NCBI GenBank assembly: GCA_963668355.1
Contig: OY764265.1
Location: 352,001 to 416,000 of the forward strand
Direction of reading: 5' to 3'
Source: Bdellovibrionota bacterium
Lineage (GTDB): Bacteria; Bdellovibrionota_G; JALEGL01; DATDPG01
DNA length: 64,000 nt
The notes under the pieces are model-generated. The model worked only from the letters and a program-made list of their open reading frames with translations. It made no database searches and was not told the DNA's origin. Shown here in pieces: positions 27,413 through 37,931 of the stretch. Each line of letters opens with the position of its first letter. Within the stretch, counting starts at the first letter, position 1. The translations under genes and the position numbers were made by a program.

Positions 27413-28177
27413 TCATCGACGACGCTGCATCTTCGCCAGTAAACGAAGAATTTCTAAGTAAAGCCAAATCAGCGTGACCAATAAAGCAAACGCCCCATAC
27501 CACTCCATAAATTTGGGAGCGCCCTGCCGAGCGCCTTCTTCAATCAGGTCAAAGTCCAAAATCAAATTCAGCGCGGCAATTCCCACCACAAAAAGACTGA
27601 ATCCGATTCCGAGAAGGCCACCTTCATGAATGAAGGGGATGGTGGTGCCGAAAAAACTCAACACCCATGAAATCATATAGACAAACATGATGCCGCCCGT
27701 CGCAGCCATGACCCCCAACTTAAATTTTGGAGTCGCGCGCAAAACCTTTGAGCGATACAGCCACAGCATGACAGCAAACACACCAAAAGTAGCAAACACG
27801 GCCTGCGAAACAATTCCAGGAAATTGCATCTCGAACATCACCGAAATGCCGCCCAGGACCAATCCTTCAAAAGCCGCGTAGAGAGGCGCCGTGTAAGGAG
27901 CCCAGGTCTTTTTGAAAATTGTGACCATGGCCAAAACCATCCCACCAATTAAGCCGATCCAGAGATACGTCATGGAGGGGGTCTGTCCCCAACGAAAAGC
28001 CTCCATCATATTGGACCAGGTCCAAAAAGACGTCAGCAAAACCACTCCGAGCAAAATGAGAGTCTTGGTCGAAGTTCCTTTAATGGTCATCACTTCCGTA
28101 TCGCTTCCGGCAAGGCCCATGAAGCTCGGGTTGGAAAACGTTCCGGGTTTCAATGCAGGATTACTGGATCGAATCAT
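27413..28177 (-). CDS. Bax inhibitor-1/YccA family membrane protein
   Basis: SSNPAL N-terminus; LILDFDLIE...EWYGAFALLVTLIWLYLEILRLL. Confidence 0.92.
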   Translation of the reverse strand: MIRSSNPALKPGTFSNPSFMGLAGSDTEVMTIKGTSTKTLILLGVVLLTSFWTWSNMMEAFRWGQTPSMTYLWIGLIGGMVLAMVTIFKKTWAPYTAPLYAAFEGLVLGGISVMFEMQFPGIVSQAVFATFGVFAVMLWLYRSKVLRATPKFKLGVMAATGGIMFVYMISWVLSFFGTTIPFIHEGGLLGIGFSLFVVGIAALNLILDFDLIEEGARQGAPKFMEWYGAFALLVTLIWLYLEILRLLAKMQRRR

Positions 28178-28230
28178 CTTCTTCCTTTCGTGGTCACGTT
28201 GACTTCAAGTTAGGCACAACCGAAGGGTTG

Positions 28231-29169
28231 TCAATTTTCATCTTTCTTTTTGACCGCTTGATCCAAGGTGTTTTTGGATATTTTTTCAAACCGTTCACGT
28301 CGATAGTCACAGGCCTCATCCGGGTGACGAATCAAATACTTCATGTTTTTGTGATCCAATTTATCCATGGCATTTCGAATGGGGAGCTTCAATCCGTCCT
28401 CCAAAACATGTACCCCCTCATCAATCGAATCTTGATGCTCTTCGACCACACCATAACAAATCAACGACGAAGCCAACTCCATCAACATCATCGGCTCTTT
28501 CAACAAATCTCCTCGGACGGCTTGCTTCATCAATGCACGCGACTTGGTTTTATCCCCACGTACGCGCGCAAAAATCCAGAACCAAAACGAATCCGGCATG
28601 ATGCGATACAAAGCCGCTTGCATAATGGTCGCCAACTGATTGGTGGTAAGTGTTCCTCGATGATGAAAGCTTGAAGGCAGCTCTTGCGCTTTTTCCAAGG
28701 CCAACATCATGGGTCGCAACACACGAAGCGTTTTCCACGTCTGCCCCCACGTCGAAGCTTGCATGGCATAACAAGCCCCCTTGAGCAAAAAACATTCAGC
28801 ATTTTCCGGAGCCACCTTGATGCACTGATCCACATGAGCATGACATTTTTTCCCGAGATCATTTTTTATTTTCAGGAAATCTTCTTTCTTTCCCCTTTGC
28901 TCCTCAAGATAAAGGCCTTCTTTTTCCCAGAAAGAAACTCTAGCTCTTGCCCAATGAAGATACGGATGATTCGGAAAACTTTTCTCCATTTGGTCCAGAA
29001 GATGTGTAACCACATCTAAGCGATTGGGATTTTCAAAACGGAAAAATTCCTTTTCCGCCAACTCTACGTAAGCCTGAGCGGGATCTTTTGCCGGTTCAGC
29101 AAGTGCTTCAGAGAGTTGAAACACCCCTCCCAAAAGCACCATTAAAAGAAGGAAAAAAGCCGTTTTCAC
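28231..29169 (-). CDS. Secreted helical (TPR-like) hypothetical protein
   Basis: Signal peptide and a helical repeat pattern; abuts nfuA. Confidence 0.75.
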   Translation of the reverse strand: MKTAFFLLLMVLLGGVFQLSEALAEPAKDPAQAYVELAEKEFFRFENPNRLDVVTHLLDQMEKSFPNHPYLHWARARVSFWEKEGLYLEEQRGKKEDFLKIKNDLGKKCHAHVDQCIKVAPENAECFLLKGACYAMQASTWGQTWKTLRVLRPMMLALEKAQELPSSFHHRGTLTTNQLATIMQAALYRIMPDSFWFWIFARVRGDKTKSRALMKQAVRGDLLKEPMMLMELASSLICYGVVEEHQDSIDEGVHVLEDGLKLPIRNAMDKLDHKNMKYLIRHPDEACDYRRERFEKISKNTLDQAVKKKDEN

Positions 29170-29754
29170 TTAGGATCGATAGTAAGGATTCTCTCCACCC
29201 GCGTGGTCCGTAACATCGATGACTTCTTTGATTTCTGGGACCACCTCACGAATGCGAACTTCCACACCCTGTTTCAACGTTACATTCGCCATGCCACAAC
29301 CGTGACAACCGCCGCCCATACGGACGAACGCTTTGTCATCGTCGACCTTGATCAATTGGACAAAGCCGCCGTGGCTTCCGAGCGAAGGGTTGATTTCTTG
29401 ATCAAACAAATCTTGGATTTTCTTGGCCAACGGATGGGAAAGATCCGGTCCTGTTTTATCGTTGGGATTAGTCACCTTAAACCCTGCGCCAGACGCATTT
29501 TCAATCCAATCCACCGTGGCACCATCGAGGGCTTCGGCACTTTGCACATCGGCCACCAATCGAAAATTTCCCATATTTTCGATGACGTCATCGGCGGCTT
29601 TTTCTTTTTCGTGATCCAAAAAGAATTGATAACTCAAGCCACCCATTCCAGGAGCCCCAACGCGAATCCGCAAAAGCTGGCCTTCCTTTTCTTGCTGAGC
29701 CTCCATATAGGAGAGCACTTTAGCTTCAGCTTCTTTTGAAAACTCGATTTTCAT
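29170..29754 (-). CDS. nfuA: Fe-S biogenesis protein NfuA
   Basis: Degenerate A-type carrier N-domain plus Nfu domain INPSLGSHGG...GGGCHGC...DVTDH. Confidence 0.92.
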   Translation of the reverse strand: MKIEFSKEAEAKVLSYMEAQQEKEGQLLRIRVGAPGMGGLSYQFFLDHEKEKAADDVIENMGNFRLVADVQSAEALDGATVDWIENASGAGFKVTNPNDKTGPDLSHPLAKKIQDLFDQEINPSLGSHGGFVQLIKVDDDKAFVRMGGGCHGCGMANVTLKQGVEVRIREVVPEIKEVIDVTDHAGGENPYYRS

Positions 29755-29830
29755 GAAATTCCTTTCTGATCCGTTTGCAGTTTTTTTATGGAGTACCTTT
29801 TCTCACGAAAGTCGTCAATCACCCCTCTGA

Positions 29831-30466
29831 TCAGGCATCGCAGGCAATTTGCAGGCCACGCAAACCATAATCTAGGAGTTCCCGAGCGATCGCATCGCGA
29901 TCCACGTCACCCAACTCTCGCATAACTAAGTAGCGAAACAACACTTCTTTGATGCTTCCAATGACGGCCGCAGCCACCACTCGTTCATTCACAGATCGAA
30001 TCAGCCCCAATTTCGCCCCATTGAGCAGCGCGCGAGCCGTCATTCGATACAGGAACGAGTTCAGATCATTGATCTTCTGATTGACCTCCTCGTTGACCCC
30101 CATGGCCTCTCGAAACAAGATGATGGTTAAGTCTCTGTGATCAAAGAGCAAATTCACAACGCGCTGCACATTCGCCAACATTTGTCCGAAGACGTCTCCC
30201 TCTTCGGCTCGAACGTTTTGCACGCTTCCCATGAGCTTTGCGATGAATCCATCCAAAAGCTCATAAAAAAGAGCTTCTCGGCTCTCAAAGTACAAATAGA
30301 ATGTCCCTCGCGAAATCCCGGCGGCCTCAATGACATCGGCCACACTGGTCGCTTGATAACCCTTTTCTCCAATCAACTTCTCTGCGACGTGAAGAATTTC
30401 TTCTCTTCGAGCTTTTCGCTTTCCTGCGGCCCGGACCGTTCTTCCATCTACATGCGCTTCCTTCAT
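29831..30466 (-). CDS. TetR/AcrR family transcriptional regulator
   Basis: N-terminal HTH ...AAGISRGTFYLYFESRE; last gene of the lipid operon. Confidence 0.95.
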   Translation of the reverse strand: MKEAHVDGRTVRAAGKRKARREEILHVAEKLIGEKGYQATSVADVIEAAGISRGTFYLYFESREALFYELLDGFIAKLMGSVQNVRAEEGDVFGQMLANVQRVVNLLFDHRDLTIILFREAMGVNEEVNQKINDLNSFLYRMTARALLNGAKLGLIRSVNERVVAAAVIGSIKEVLFRYLVMRELGDVDRDAIARELLDYGLRGLQIACDA

Positions 30467-31233
30467 GCCGCTTCCCCCTTTTCTACTTCTTCGGGAAGTT
30501 CCCCCCGCTCAACAAAACGTGAAAGAACCTCGCGAACTTCTTCCGCCAAGGCTTCCAATTCTTCGTCGGACTTATTGGCCGTTTCGTATTGTCTCCCGAC
30601 ATAAACCGTCACGTTTCCCGGTTTAAAAAGCAGGCTTCCTTTTTGATTCACTTCGTACATTCCGCGCACTGCAAACGGAACCACAGGATAGCCCGCATCC
30701 CTAGCCATGCGAAAAACGCCTTTTCGAAATTTCTGAATTTTCCCATCTCGCGTGCGATGGGCTTCCGGAAATACAAGAATGGACAAACCCTCTTCCAAAC
30801 GAACCTTGGCCTCTCGGGTTAAATCTTCCAACATGGATCGTTTCCGACGAAATACAGGGATGCCTCTGGAGGCTTTCATCATCCATCCATAGCCGGGAAC
30901 TTTAAAATGCCATGCATCCATCACCCCACAAAACGGCATGGGAATCGACGCACACGCAACATGTGCATCCAACAAGTTGGTATGATTCGAGCAGTACACA
31001 CTGGGTCGTTTTCTCTCCAACTTGGGATCATAGATGACCTTGAACTTGCTCAAAGTGAATCGCACGCACAACCCCATGCTCGGTGCCGAAAGCCATGTAT
31101 GGACTTTTGAGAATGGCATAAAAACCGTCAACAAAATGGTGGTGGTGGAACCAATGAGCATGGAAATGAACGCCAAGATCCACACCACAGACGAAAAGAT
31201 TACTTGTACCCCCCATAAAAAAGCACGCTTCAT
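30463..31233 (-). CDS. plsC: 1-acyl-sn-glycerol-3-phosphate acyltransferase family (LPLAT)
   Basis: NHTNLLD (HX4D) and FPEAHRT motifs. Confidence 0.88.
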   Translation of the reverse strand: MKRAFLWGVQVIFSSVVWILAFISMLIGSTTTILLTVFMPFSKVHTWLSAPSMGLCVRFTLSKFKVIYDPKLERKRPSVYCSNHTNLLDAHVACASIPMPFCGVMDAWHFKVPGYGWMMKASRGIPVFRRKRSMLEDLTREAKVRLEEGLSILVFPEAHRTRDGKIQKFRKGVFRMARDAGYPVVPFAVRGMYEVNQKGSLLFKPGNVTVYVGRQYETANKSDEELEALAEEVREVLSRFVERGELPEEVEKGEAA

Positions 31234-31234
31234 C

Positions 31235-32137
31235 TCAAACACTCACTTTCAAAGCTTTGGGCAGCACGTCCAAGCGCTGAGGCTCGACCCGCGTCACCTC
31301 TCCATCCACCATGATGGGAATTTTTTCTTTTAAGGAAAACTCCATGGATCGCACCTTAGACTCTTTCACTTGATCCAAACGAACATGGGTTCCTTTAAAA
31401 ATTTTTGGAAATGCCTTCAGCAAAGAAAATCGCCCCATCTCTCCAACCTCGATCAAATCTGCCATTCCATCGTCGGTAGCCGCATGAGGCGCCATCATCA
31501 TTTTCCCTCCCGTGAACCGGCTATTGTTTATGGACAAAAACGTCGTGGGCTTGGTCTCCATCGCCAACCCATTCACCTTCCACGAAAAGCTTTTAGATTT
31601 GAGGTGGGCGATTTCTGACAGAACACTTAAAACGTACCCGAACTCTCCCCAAGGTTGGAATCGCGCGTTTCGCGTGGCACAGATGTCAGCCACAAACCCT
31701 AAGCTGAGCAAGTTGATGAAGAAAATCTGCCCTTCTGAATGTTCAAGGCGGATCACATCACAGAGGCGGTTCTTTTTTTCCTTCAAGGCCTTTTCTGCAT
31801 ACAGAGCGCCTTGATCTGTGAAATCCCGCAAGAAGGAGTTTCCCGTTCCCATGGGGAGAAATCCCAATGTGGGAATATCCTCGCCTTCGGGCAAAGGAAA
31901 CAAACCGTTGACGATTTCGTAACCCGTCCCATCTCCGCCCACCGAAATGAAATGCTTCACGCCTTTTTGTTGGGCCTCACAAGCCAGTTTCGTCGCGTCT
32001 CCGGCTTGCGTCGTGTACGCCACATCTACCTCCAGGCCCGCATCCCTCAGTCGCTTAATGGCTTCCGGGGCTCGTCTTCCACAACGGCCGCCTCCCGCCG
32101 CAGGATTGACAATGGCAAGGTAGAGTTCGGCGTTCAT
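31235..32137 (-). CDS. Diacylglycerol/lipid kinase family protein (DAGK/YegS/sphingosine kinase-like)
   Basis: NPAAGGG, GGDGT, PMGTGNSF, DGE. ATG 32137 overlaps the upstream stop (ATGA). Confidence 0.92.
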   Translation of the reverse strand: MNAELYLAIVNPAAGGGRCGRRAPEAIKRLRDAGLEVDVAYTTQAGDATKLACEAQQKGVKHFISVGGDGTGYEIVNGLFPLPEGEDIPTLGFLPMGTGNSFLRDFTDQGALYAEKALKEKKNRLCDVIRLEHSEGQIFFINLLSLGFVADICATRNARFQPWGEFGYVLSVLSEIAHLKSKSFSWKVNGLAMETKPTTFLSINNSRFTGGKMMMAPHAATDDGMADLIEVGEMGRFSLLKAFPKIFKGTHVRLDQVKESKVRSMEFSLKEKIPIMVDGEVTRVEPQRLDVLPKALKVSV

Positions 32138-33864
32138 AAAACCTGAACCCCTTCTTGCTCGGGCCATTTTTCCTCCAACGCCCGAGCCAGTTTTTCTCGT
32201 TTCACTTTCATGGAGGCCGTTCTTGGAAAATCTTCCTCCCAAATCAGAAACGAAGACAACCGTTTGAAGTCTGCCAATTTGCGATTGCGATCCCGAGCCA
32301 CACTCAAGAGTTCTTCCAAGCGTTCTTTTTCGCGGGTTCGAAGCACAATCAACAACTCATCCCCTTTAAAGTTTTGAGTGGGCCAAACATAATTGCGAGC
32401 GAAAACACAAAATTCCTGACAACCGGGGAGATCTTCAAAGGTAATTTCAATATCCTCCGGATAAATGTTCTTTCCGCCTTCTGTGACGATCATGTTTTTA
32501 GACCGACCTTTCAAAACGAGGTGTCCAGAGTCTTCCAAAAACCCCAAGTCACCCGTTCTAAGCCAACCGTCCACGAGGGTTTCTTCGCTTAATTCCGGAG
32601 ATTTAAAATATCCTTTCATCACCGTAGGACCTTGCACCCAAACCTCTCCGATGCCCTGGTCATTCGGATTCCGAATGTCGATTTTTGTTCCTCGACAAGG
32701 TGTCCCAACCGTATCTGCCCGAAAAGGTTTGAGGTCATTGACCGTCACCGCCGTTCCCGACTCGGTCAAGCCATACCCAATCGCTACGGGGATTCCGATG
32801 TCATAGAAAAACTGAGCGGTTTTGGGATCAACATAGGCACCTCCGGCAATCACAAGCCGAAGTTTTCCACCCATCCCCTGATGAATCGCGGGGAGCAATC
32901 TTCGAGAAATTTTTGGATGGGGCCTTCGCCACGAAACGAATTTATTTAGTCCAATGAGAAGGGATGCCATTGCCTTTTTTACCGGGGGCAATTCATTTAA
33001 ACGCCCTCGAAGCTTGGTTTCGATTGCCTTTAAAAGAAGGGGAACCATCGCCATCGCATTGATTCCATAAGCTTTCATGGTATGGGCCAAAAACTCGGGA
33101 CGTAACGTGCGCTGAAAAACCGTCGTTGCCCCAAAGTACTGCGGATAAATAAAGCCCAACATAAAATCAATCGCGTGGTTGGTGGGAAGAATGGAAAAAA
33201 ATCGATCTCCATCTTCAAACCGATACAAATGCGTAAACTGCTCCGCTTGGCTTAGATAATTGCCATGCGTCAACATGCACCCCTTCGGAATTCCGCCCGT
33301 TCCAGAAGAATACACAATGCAAGCGACATCCTCCCGACCCCGTTCCTGATAGAGAAAGTTCCCAGGAGACACTTCCTCCCACCTCTGGGCAGAGTGAAGT
33401 TGTTCTCGGGGAGGAACTTCCGAAACAAAAACCGTCACATTCTTCAAAGCCGAGAGATCACCCTCTTTTTGCAAACGCATCCAAATCGGCCATTCCGTCA
33501 CCAAGGCCCGAGGCTCAGCATGAGAGATAAGCGCCAACTGTTCGGAAGGGGTCAATTTGTAGTCCAAAGGAACCAGAACCGCGCCCGACCAAAACGCCGC
33601 CGTCGCGGACACATGCCACTTCGCTTGATTGGACATCAGTATGGCACATCGATCTCCCGCCGAAAGGTTAGCCCGTTGAAATCCGGAGGCGATCCGCTCG
33701 GCTTCCTCACGAAGTTTTCCATACGAAAAACGACCGACTTCTTTCTCTCGATTGACTTCGATGATGGCATCTTGATGCGCGTACTCCGCCGTCGAATTTC
33801 GAAAAACCTCACCCAAACAATGGTATGTGGACCACTTTTTCAAGGGACTACTTCCTTCGATCAA
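32134..33864 (-). CDS. AMP-dependent long-chain acyl-CoA/ACP synthetase
   Basis: YSSGTGGIPKG, GYGLTE, TGDLG, GKNIYPEDIE. Confidence 0.93.
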   Translation of the reverse strand: MIEGSSPLKKWSTYHCLGEVFRNSTAEYAHQDAIIEVNREKEVGRFSYGKLREEAERIASGFQRANLSAGDRCAILMSNQAKWHVSATAAFWSGAVLVPLDYKLTPSEQLALISHAEPRALVTEWPIWMRLQKEGDLSALKNVTVFVSEVPPREQLHSAQRWEEVSPGNFLYQERGREDVACIVYSSGTGGIPKGCMLTHGNYLSQAEQFTHLYRFEDGDRFFSILPTNHAIDFMLGFIYPQYFGATTVFQRTLRPEFLAHTMKAYGINAMAMVPLLLKAIETKLRGRLNELPPVKKAMASLLIGLNKFVSWRRPHPKISRRLLPAIHQGMGGKLRLVIAGGAYVDPKTAQFFYDIGIPVAIGYGLTESGTAVTVNDLKPFRADTVGTPCRGTKIDIRNPNDQGIGEVWVQGPTVMKGYFKSPELSEETLVDGWLRTGDLGFLEDSGHLVLKGRSKNMIVTEGGKNIYPEDIEITFEDLPGCQEFCVFARNYVWPTQNFKGDELLIVLRTREKERLEELLSVARDRNRKLADFKRLSSFLIWEEDFPRTASMKVKREKLARALEEKWPEQEGVQVL

Positions 33865-34081
33865 TTACTTCTGCCAAAGCTGCGAAGGTTTTTACGTCTT
33901 GCAATTCGTAGTCTGGGATTTCGACATCGAACTGTGTTTCGAGTTCACTCAAGAGACTCAATGCTTGAACACTGTTGATCCCGAGTTTCTCAAAAAAGTC
34001 ATCTTCAGGACTAAGAAGCGATTGATCCTTTTCAAATCGCTTGGCAGCCACTTCAATCAATGTTTTTAATGTTTGATTCAT
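33848..34081 (-). CDS. Acyl carrier protein
   Basis: 77-aa acidic protein; LGINSV phosphopantetheine site; FDVEIPD. Confidence 0.9.
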   Translation of the reverse strand: MNQTLKTLIEVAAKRFEKDQSLLSPEDDFFEKLGINSVQALSLLSELETQFDVEIPDYELQDVKTFAALAEVIDRRK

Positions 34082-34090
34082 TTCATATTC

Positions 34091-34867
34091 CTAAGGCAAA
34101 TAGGGTTGTTGACTCTGATCGTTGACAAATTTCTCCAAAGCATCCTTCACAACCGGACGTTGGAACAAACGCAGGGCAATTTCTTTCTCTTCTTCCAATT
34201 CTTTTTTAGGTATGGGCTTGATGAATTTTTTTGCGGCCAGTCGCGCCTCGGATGAAAACTTGCCCACCTGCTCTCCAACTCGCCGAGCAACATTCAACCC
34301 CTCTCCTTCTCGGACCACTTGCGAAACCAGACCCAGCCCCAAAGCTTTTTTGGCATTTATGCTTCTTCCCGTGAGTAATAGATCCCGCACGACCGCATTG
34401 GGCACTTCTCTTTTCAAGCGAGGAATTCCGCCAAAGCACGGGATAATTCCCAGACGCAATTCCGGAAAACAGAATCTTGCCGAGGTTTCTGCAATCAATT
34501 GGTCACACACCAAAGCTAGTTCGAAGCCCCCTCCGAAGCACACACCGTGAATCACACCAATGGTCACCAAGGACATCTCATCCAATTGATTCATGACGTT
34601 GTGAATTCGATCCAAGAAACGCTTGAGTTCCGGTGCATGTTCTTCTTGAGGACGACTAACCAACCCCTCATGCAACTCTCGAAGATTCGCCCCCGCACAA
34701 AACCCGGCCTCCGTCGAACTATGAAGAATCAACGCATGGGCGGATGCCATATCGATCTCGCTCAACATCCGCTCAAATGCCGATAGCATTTCGGTTCCAA
34801 TTTCATTGCAGGGGGGCTGAGACAGCTCGACTTCAATCACACCTTGCGTTTGGCTCCATTTCATCAT
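34091..34867 (-). CDS. Enoyl-CoA hydratase/isomerase family protein
   Basis: FCAGANL, GGGFELAL, FPELRLG. Confidence 0.93.
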   Translation of the reverse strand: MMKWSQTQGVIEVELSQPPCNEIGTEMLSAFERMLSEIDMASAHALILHSSTEAGFCAGANLRELHEGLVSRPQEEHAPELKRFLDRIHNVMNQLDEMSLVTIGVIHGVCFGGGFELALVCDQLIAETSARFCFPELRLGIIPCFGGIPRLKREVPNAVVRDLLLTGRSINAKKALGLGLVSQVVREGEGLNVARRVGEQVGKFSSEARLAAKKFIKPIPKKELEEEKEIALRLFQRPVVKDALEKFVNDQSQQPYLP

Positions 34868-36507
34868 GAACGTGCATTCCTTTCGTAGGCCTCTCGAAGC
34901 TGCTCCTCAAGATGCTGTTCAATGACTTTACGTTTGAGTTTTTGATTGGCCGTTAAAAGACCATTTTCTACTGAAAACCCCTCCGCATACTGGACCACAC
35001 TTCGGACCCTCTTGTAGTGAGGAACCGTTTCATTCAACTGATCCAAAGCTCGATTTAAATCATGCGATCCTACGTTTCCCGTCACGATGGCACAGAGATG
35101 AGGTCGACCATGTCCAACAATCACCACATGTTCGATATCCTGACATCTTTCCCGAAGTGCTTCTTCTAAAGGTTCCGGCGCAATATTGTGACCTGACTCG
35201 GGAACCAAAATGTTTTTAACCCTTCCCACAATTTTCCAGTTTCCCTGCTGATCGACTTCGGCTTGGTCGCCGGTATAAAACCAGCCCTCTTTCAACACTT
35301 CCGACGTTTCTTCCGGCCGTTTCCAATACCCCGGAAAAATATTTGGCCCACGGCAGATCATTTCACCCTCATCGGTCACTTTGGCCTCGCACCCTTCTAA
35401 GACATGTCCGACCTTCCCAGCCTCTTCTCTTCCGGGATAGTCGATGGTGACGATGGCCGTGGTTTCGGTTAGGCCATACACTTGGAGAATTCGAATTCCA
35501 ATCATATGAAACCAGCGTTGCGTTTCTTCCGCTAAAGCGGCTGAACCACAAATGAGGAATTTTAAATTTCGCCCAATCTTCTTTTTGATGGCGGGAAACA
35601 CAATTTTACGGGCCAGCCAAAGACTCATTCGTTCGGAAAGCGTCAGCGATTGAGTTCGCTTCTTTTCATCGGCAAGGCGTCCACGAACATAGAGATTGTA
35701 AATCACTCCCCCTTTCGTTCGGAGAGCCTCCCCAACCCCGGTCTTAATTCGCTCCAAAATGGCTGGGACGTTCAGATAATATTCGGGATTCGCGGTTTGC
35801 ATTTCCTGAGGAAGATTTTTGAGATCCGTCGAAACCATGAGGGGATTGCCACGAAACAGTTGCGTCCACAAGACAATGCGAGAGCCCGCAAAACACCATG
35901 GCAAAAAGTGAAACACTTCTTGCTCGGCATGAGGATCCTCGAAGGCCAAAGAGAAACGAGAAACCGCTTGCTCCAACATATAGTCCACGTTTCCTCGGTT
36001 AATCATTACACCCTTTGGATTTCCACTGGTTCCCGAAGTGTAAATGATGGTCACGAGGTCTTCTTTTCCAACGGTATGAGGTTCGCCCATATCCACATCA
36101 TGGGCGAACACCTCTTCATACAACGCCACACGACAGGCCTCAGGCCAAACTTTACATAAGTCCTTTTTTAAAGATTCATCGGAGACAATAACCAGACTCG
36201 GCTCACAATCTTGGGCCATGAAGGCCAACTCTTTCGGATCCTGTCGACTATAAAGAGGAACACACACGGCACCATGCATAAGAATCCCCAAATCACATGC
36301 GCTCCAACGAGAACCATTGGGCCCCAAAAGCACCACGCGATCTCCTTCGTGAACCTTAGACGTCTTTAAAAAACCCCGCACCCGACGGGCATCTTTTTGA
36401 AGTTGTTCACAGGTCGTCACGACTTTTTCTTTGCCATGAATTTCGATGAGTGCCGGCTTAGAGTCCCGGATGGTCAGATTGGAGAGAATGGTGCCAATGA
36501 AACTCAT
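34864..36507 (-). CDS. AMP-dependent long-chain acyl-CoA synthetase
   Basis: YTSGTSGNPKG, YGLTET, YTGD, LLTANQKLKR. Confidence 0.93.
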   Translation of the reverse strand: MSFIGTILSNLTIRDSKPALIEIHGKEKVVTTCEQLQKDARRVRGFLKTSKVHEGDRVVLLGPNGSRWSACDLGILMHGAVCVPLYSRQDPKELAFMAQDCEPSLVIVSDESLKKDLCKVWPEACRVALYEEVFAHDVDMGEPHTVGKEDLVTIIYTSGTSGNPKGVMINRGNVDYMLEQAVSRFSLAFEDPHAEQEVFHFLPWCFAGSRIVLWTQLFRGNPLMVSTDLKNLPQEMQTANPEYYLNVPAILERIKTGVGEALRTKGGVIYNLYVRGRLADEKKRTQSLTLSERMSLWLARKIVFPAIKKKIGRNLKFLICGSAALAEETQRWFHMIGIRILQVYGLTETTAIVTIDYPGREEAGKVGHVLEGCEAKVTDEGEMICRGPNIFPGYWKRPEETSEVLKEGWFYTGDQAEVDQQGNWKIVGRVKNILVPESGHNIAPEPLEEALRERCQDIEHVVIVGHGRPHLCAIVTGNVGSHDLNRALDQLNETVPHYKRVRSVVQYAEGFSVENGLLTANQKLKRKVIEQHLEEQLREAYERNARS

Positions 36508-37931
36508 GAATAAACCTCCAATAATTTTTCAACGGGCGTAGACAAAGACGGTAGAAAATGTCTCCACTCTCGCGGTCGCTCTGGAAGAGGAAATTCGGGG
36601 TAAACCCGATGCACTTCATCCGAAAAGGCGATCCCCATCTTCCCCATTTTTACAAGCTCTTTGGGAATGGTTTGGCCGATTTCCTGAACGATTCTCTCTC
36701 TTTCACGAACCAACGTTCGCAACACATCAATCAAGCGATCACCTAAGTCGATGGCATCCACCTGCAACATTAGATCTTCATGACCTCTTTCCGTCATGAG
36801 ATTTCGGATTCGTTCATCCATGGTGACTCCAGCAGAAGCCACCAATCCTGGCATCGATGTCACCAAGGCATGAAAACGTGAACTCACCAGGTAGGTTACA
36901 TTTCGAAGCACGCTCACCATTTCATACATGTCGTAGGTATCACTGATGAATAAGGGGGCCTTCACATCAATTTTTCGAGCCAAATCCTCGCAGGCCTTTC
37001 GATCCAAACGTTCCATACCGATCAAAATCGGAAAAACATTTTCTTCTTTCACAAAAACATTTAGCGCCTTGGCAAAGCCATCAATGTAATCTTCATACTG
37101 CTCCCGAGACTCTTCGGACCAACTGTGAAAGTAGACAGATTTATAATGTGTATCTCGATAACGCCCCAAAAGATGTCGAGCGCCCGTTTTCCAGAGACTC
37201 GGCTTCACGGGCCACCAAAAAGGATTGATGGGCCCCATGGCGAGGATCTTTTGCTTTCCATCCCACCCCGCATCTCTCAAATACTGCGCCCCCCTTTCCA
37301 GTGGACCGGGGTCAAACGTCCAAGCCGTATCCGTACCCGACTCTGTTCGAATGCCGAGTTCGCTCAAAATTTCCCGAGAAGGCTCATTCCGACAGATCAC
37401 AAACGAATCCCGACAATTCTTTTCCACAAATTTTTTCAAAGGAGGATTCATGGCTCCCGCTTCAGCCCCATAGCCTACGCTCAATTTCTTTTCGGCCGCA
37501 GCCATTCCCAAGGCCCCTGCCATAAACGTCGAAAGTGCGTCGGCGAATTTTGACTTGAACATGGAACCTTCACACGCCACAACACCATGATATTTAGGAC
37601 ACTCCTCGAATAAGAATCGGGGAAAAACTTGAGGCGTAAACACCTGCTGGGCGTTTCCAAAGTACCCCCTGGAATTTTTTGGATCCAAGGTGCACATCGT
37701 GAACTCAACCTGTTCACTTCCCAGGACATGGCGAATCTGCCTCACCATTTCCTCAACACGAACATCCGCCCCGGTATTTCGAGTCCCAATATATCCCGCC
37801 ATCAATAGCTTCAAAGAATGTCCAGGACTCCACACTTCTTGTGCTCTTCCCCGAGCAAAACGGGATCCCGTTCGAGACACATACGACCTCATGATGCCCT
37901 GAAGCGCACGATCTGGATTCAGAAAATTCAT
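36504..37931 (-). CDS. Polysaccharide pyruvyl transferase-like (WcaK/CsaB-like) protein
   Basis: GYIGTRNTGAD, CRNEPS, DTAW, SSRFHA match the family pattern. ATG overlaps the upstream TGA. Confidence 0.75.
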   Translation of the reverse strand: MNFLNPDRALQGIMRSYVSRTGSRFARGRAQEVWSPGHSLKLLMAGYIGTRNTGADVRVEEMVRQIRHVLGSEQVEFTMCTLDPKNSRGYFGNAQQVFTPQVFPRFLFEECPKYHGVVACEGSMFKSKFADALSTFMAGALGMAAAEKKLSVGYGAEAGAMNPPLKKFVEKNCRDSFVICRNEPSREILSELGIRTESGTDTAWTFDPGPLERGAQYLRDAGWDGKQKILAMGPINPFWWPVKPSLWKTGARHLLGRYRDTHYKSVYFHSWSEESREQYEDYIDGFAKALNVFVKEENVFPILIGMERLDRKACEDLARKIDVKAPLFISDTYDMYEMVSVLRNVTYLVSSRFHALVTSMPGLVASAGVTMDERIRNLMTERGHEDLMLQVDAIDLGDRLIDVLRTLVRERERIVQEIGQTIPKELVKMGKMGIAFSDEVHRVYPEFPLPERPREWRHFLPSLSTPVEKLLEVYS

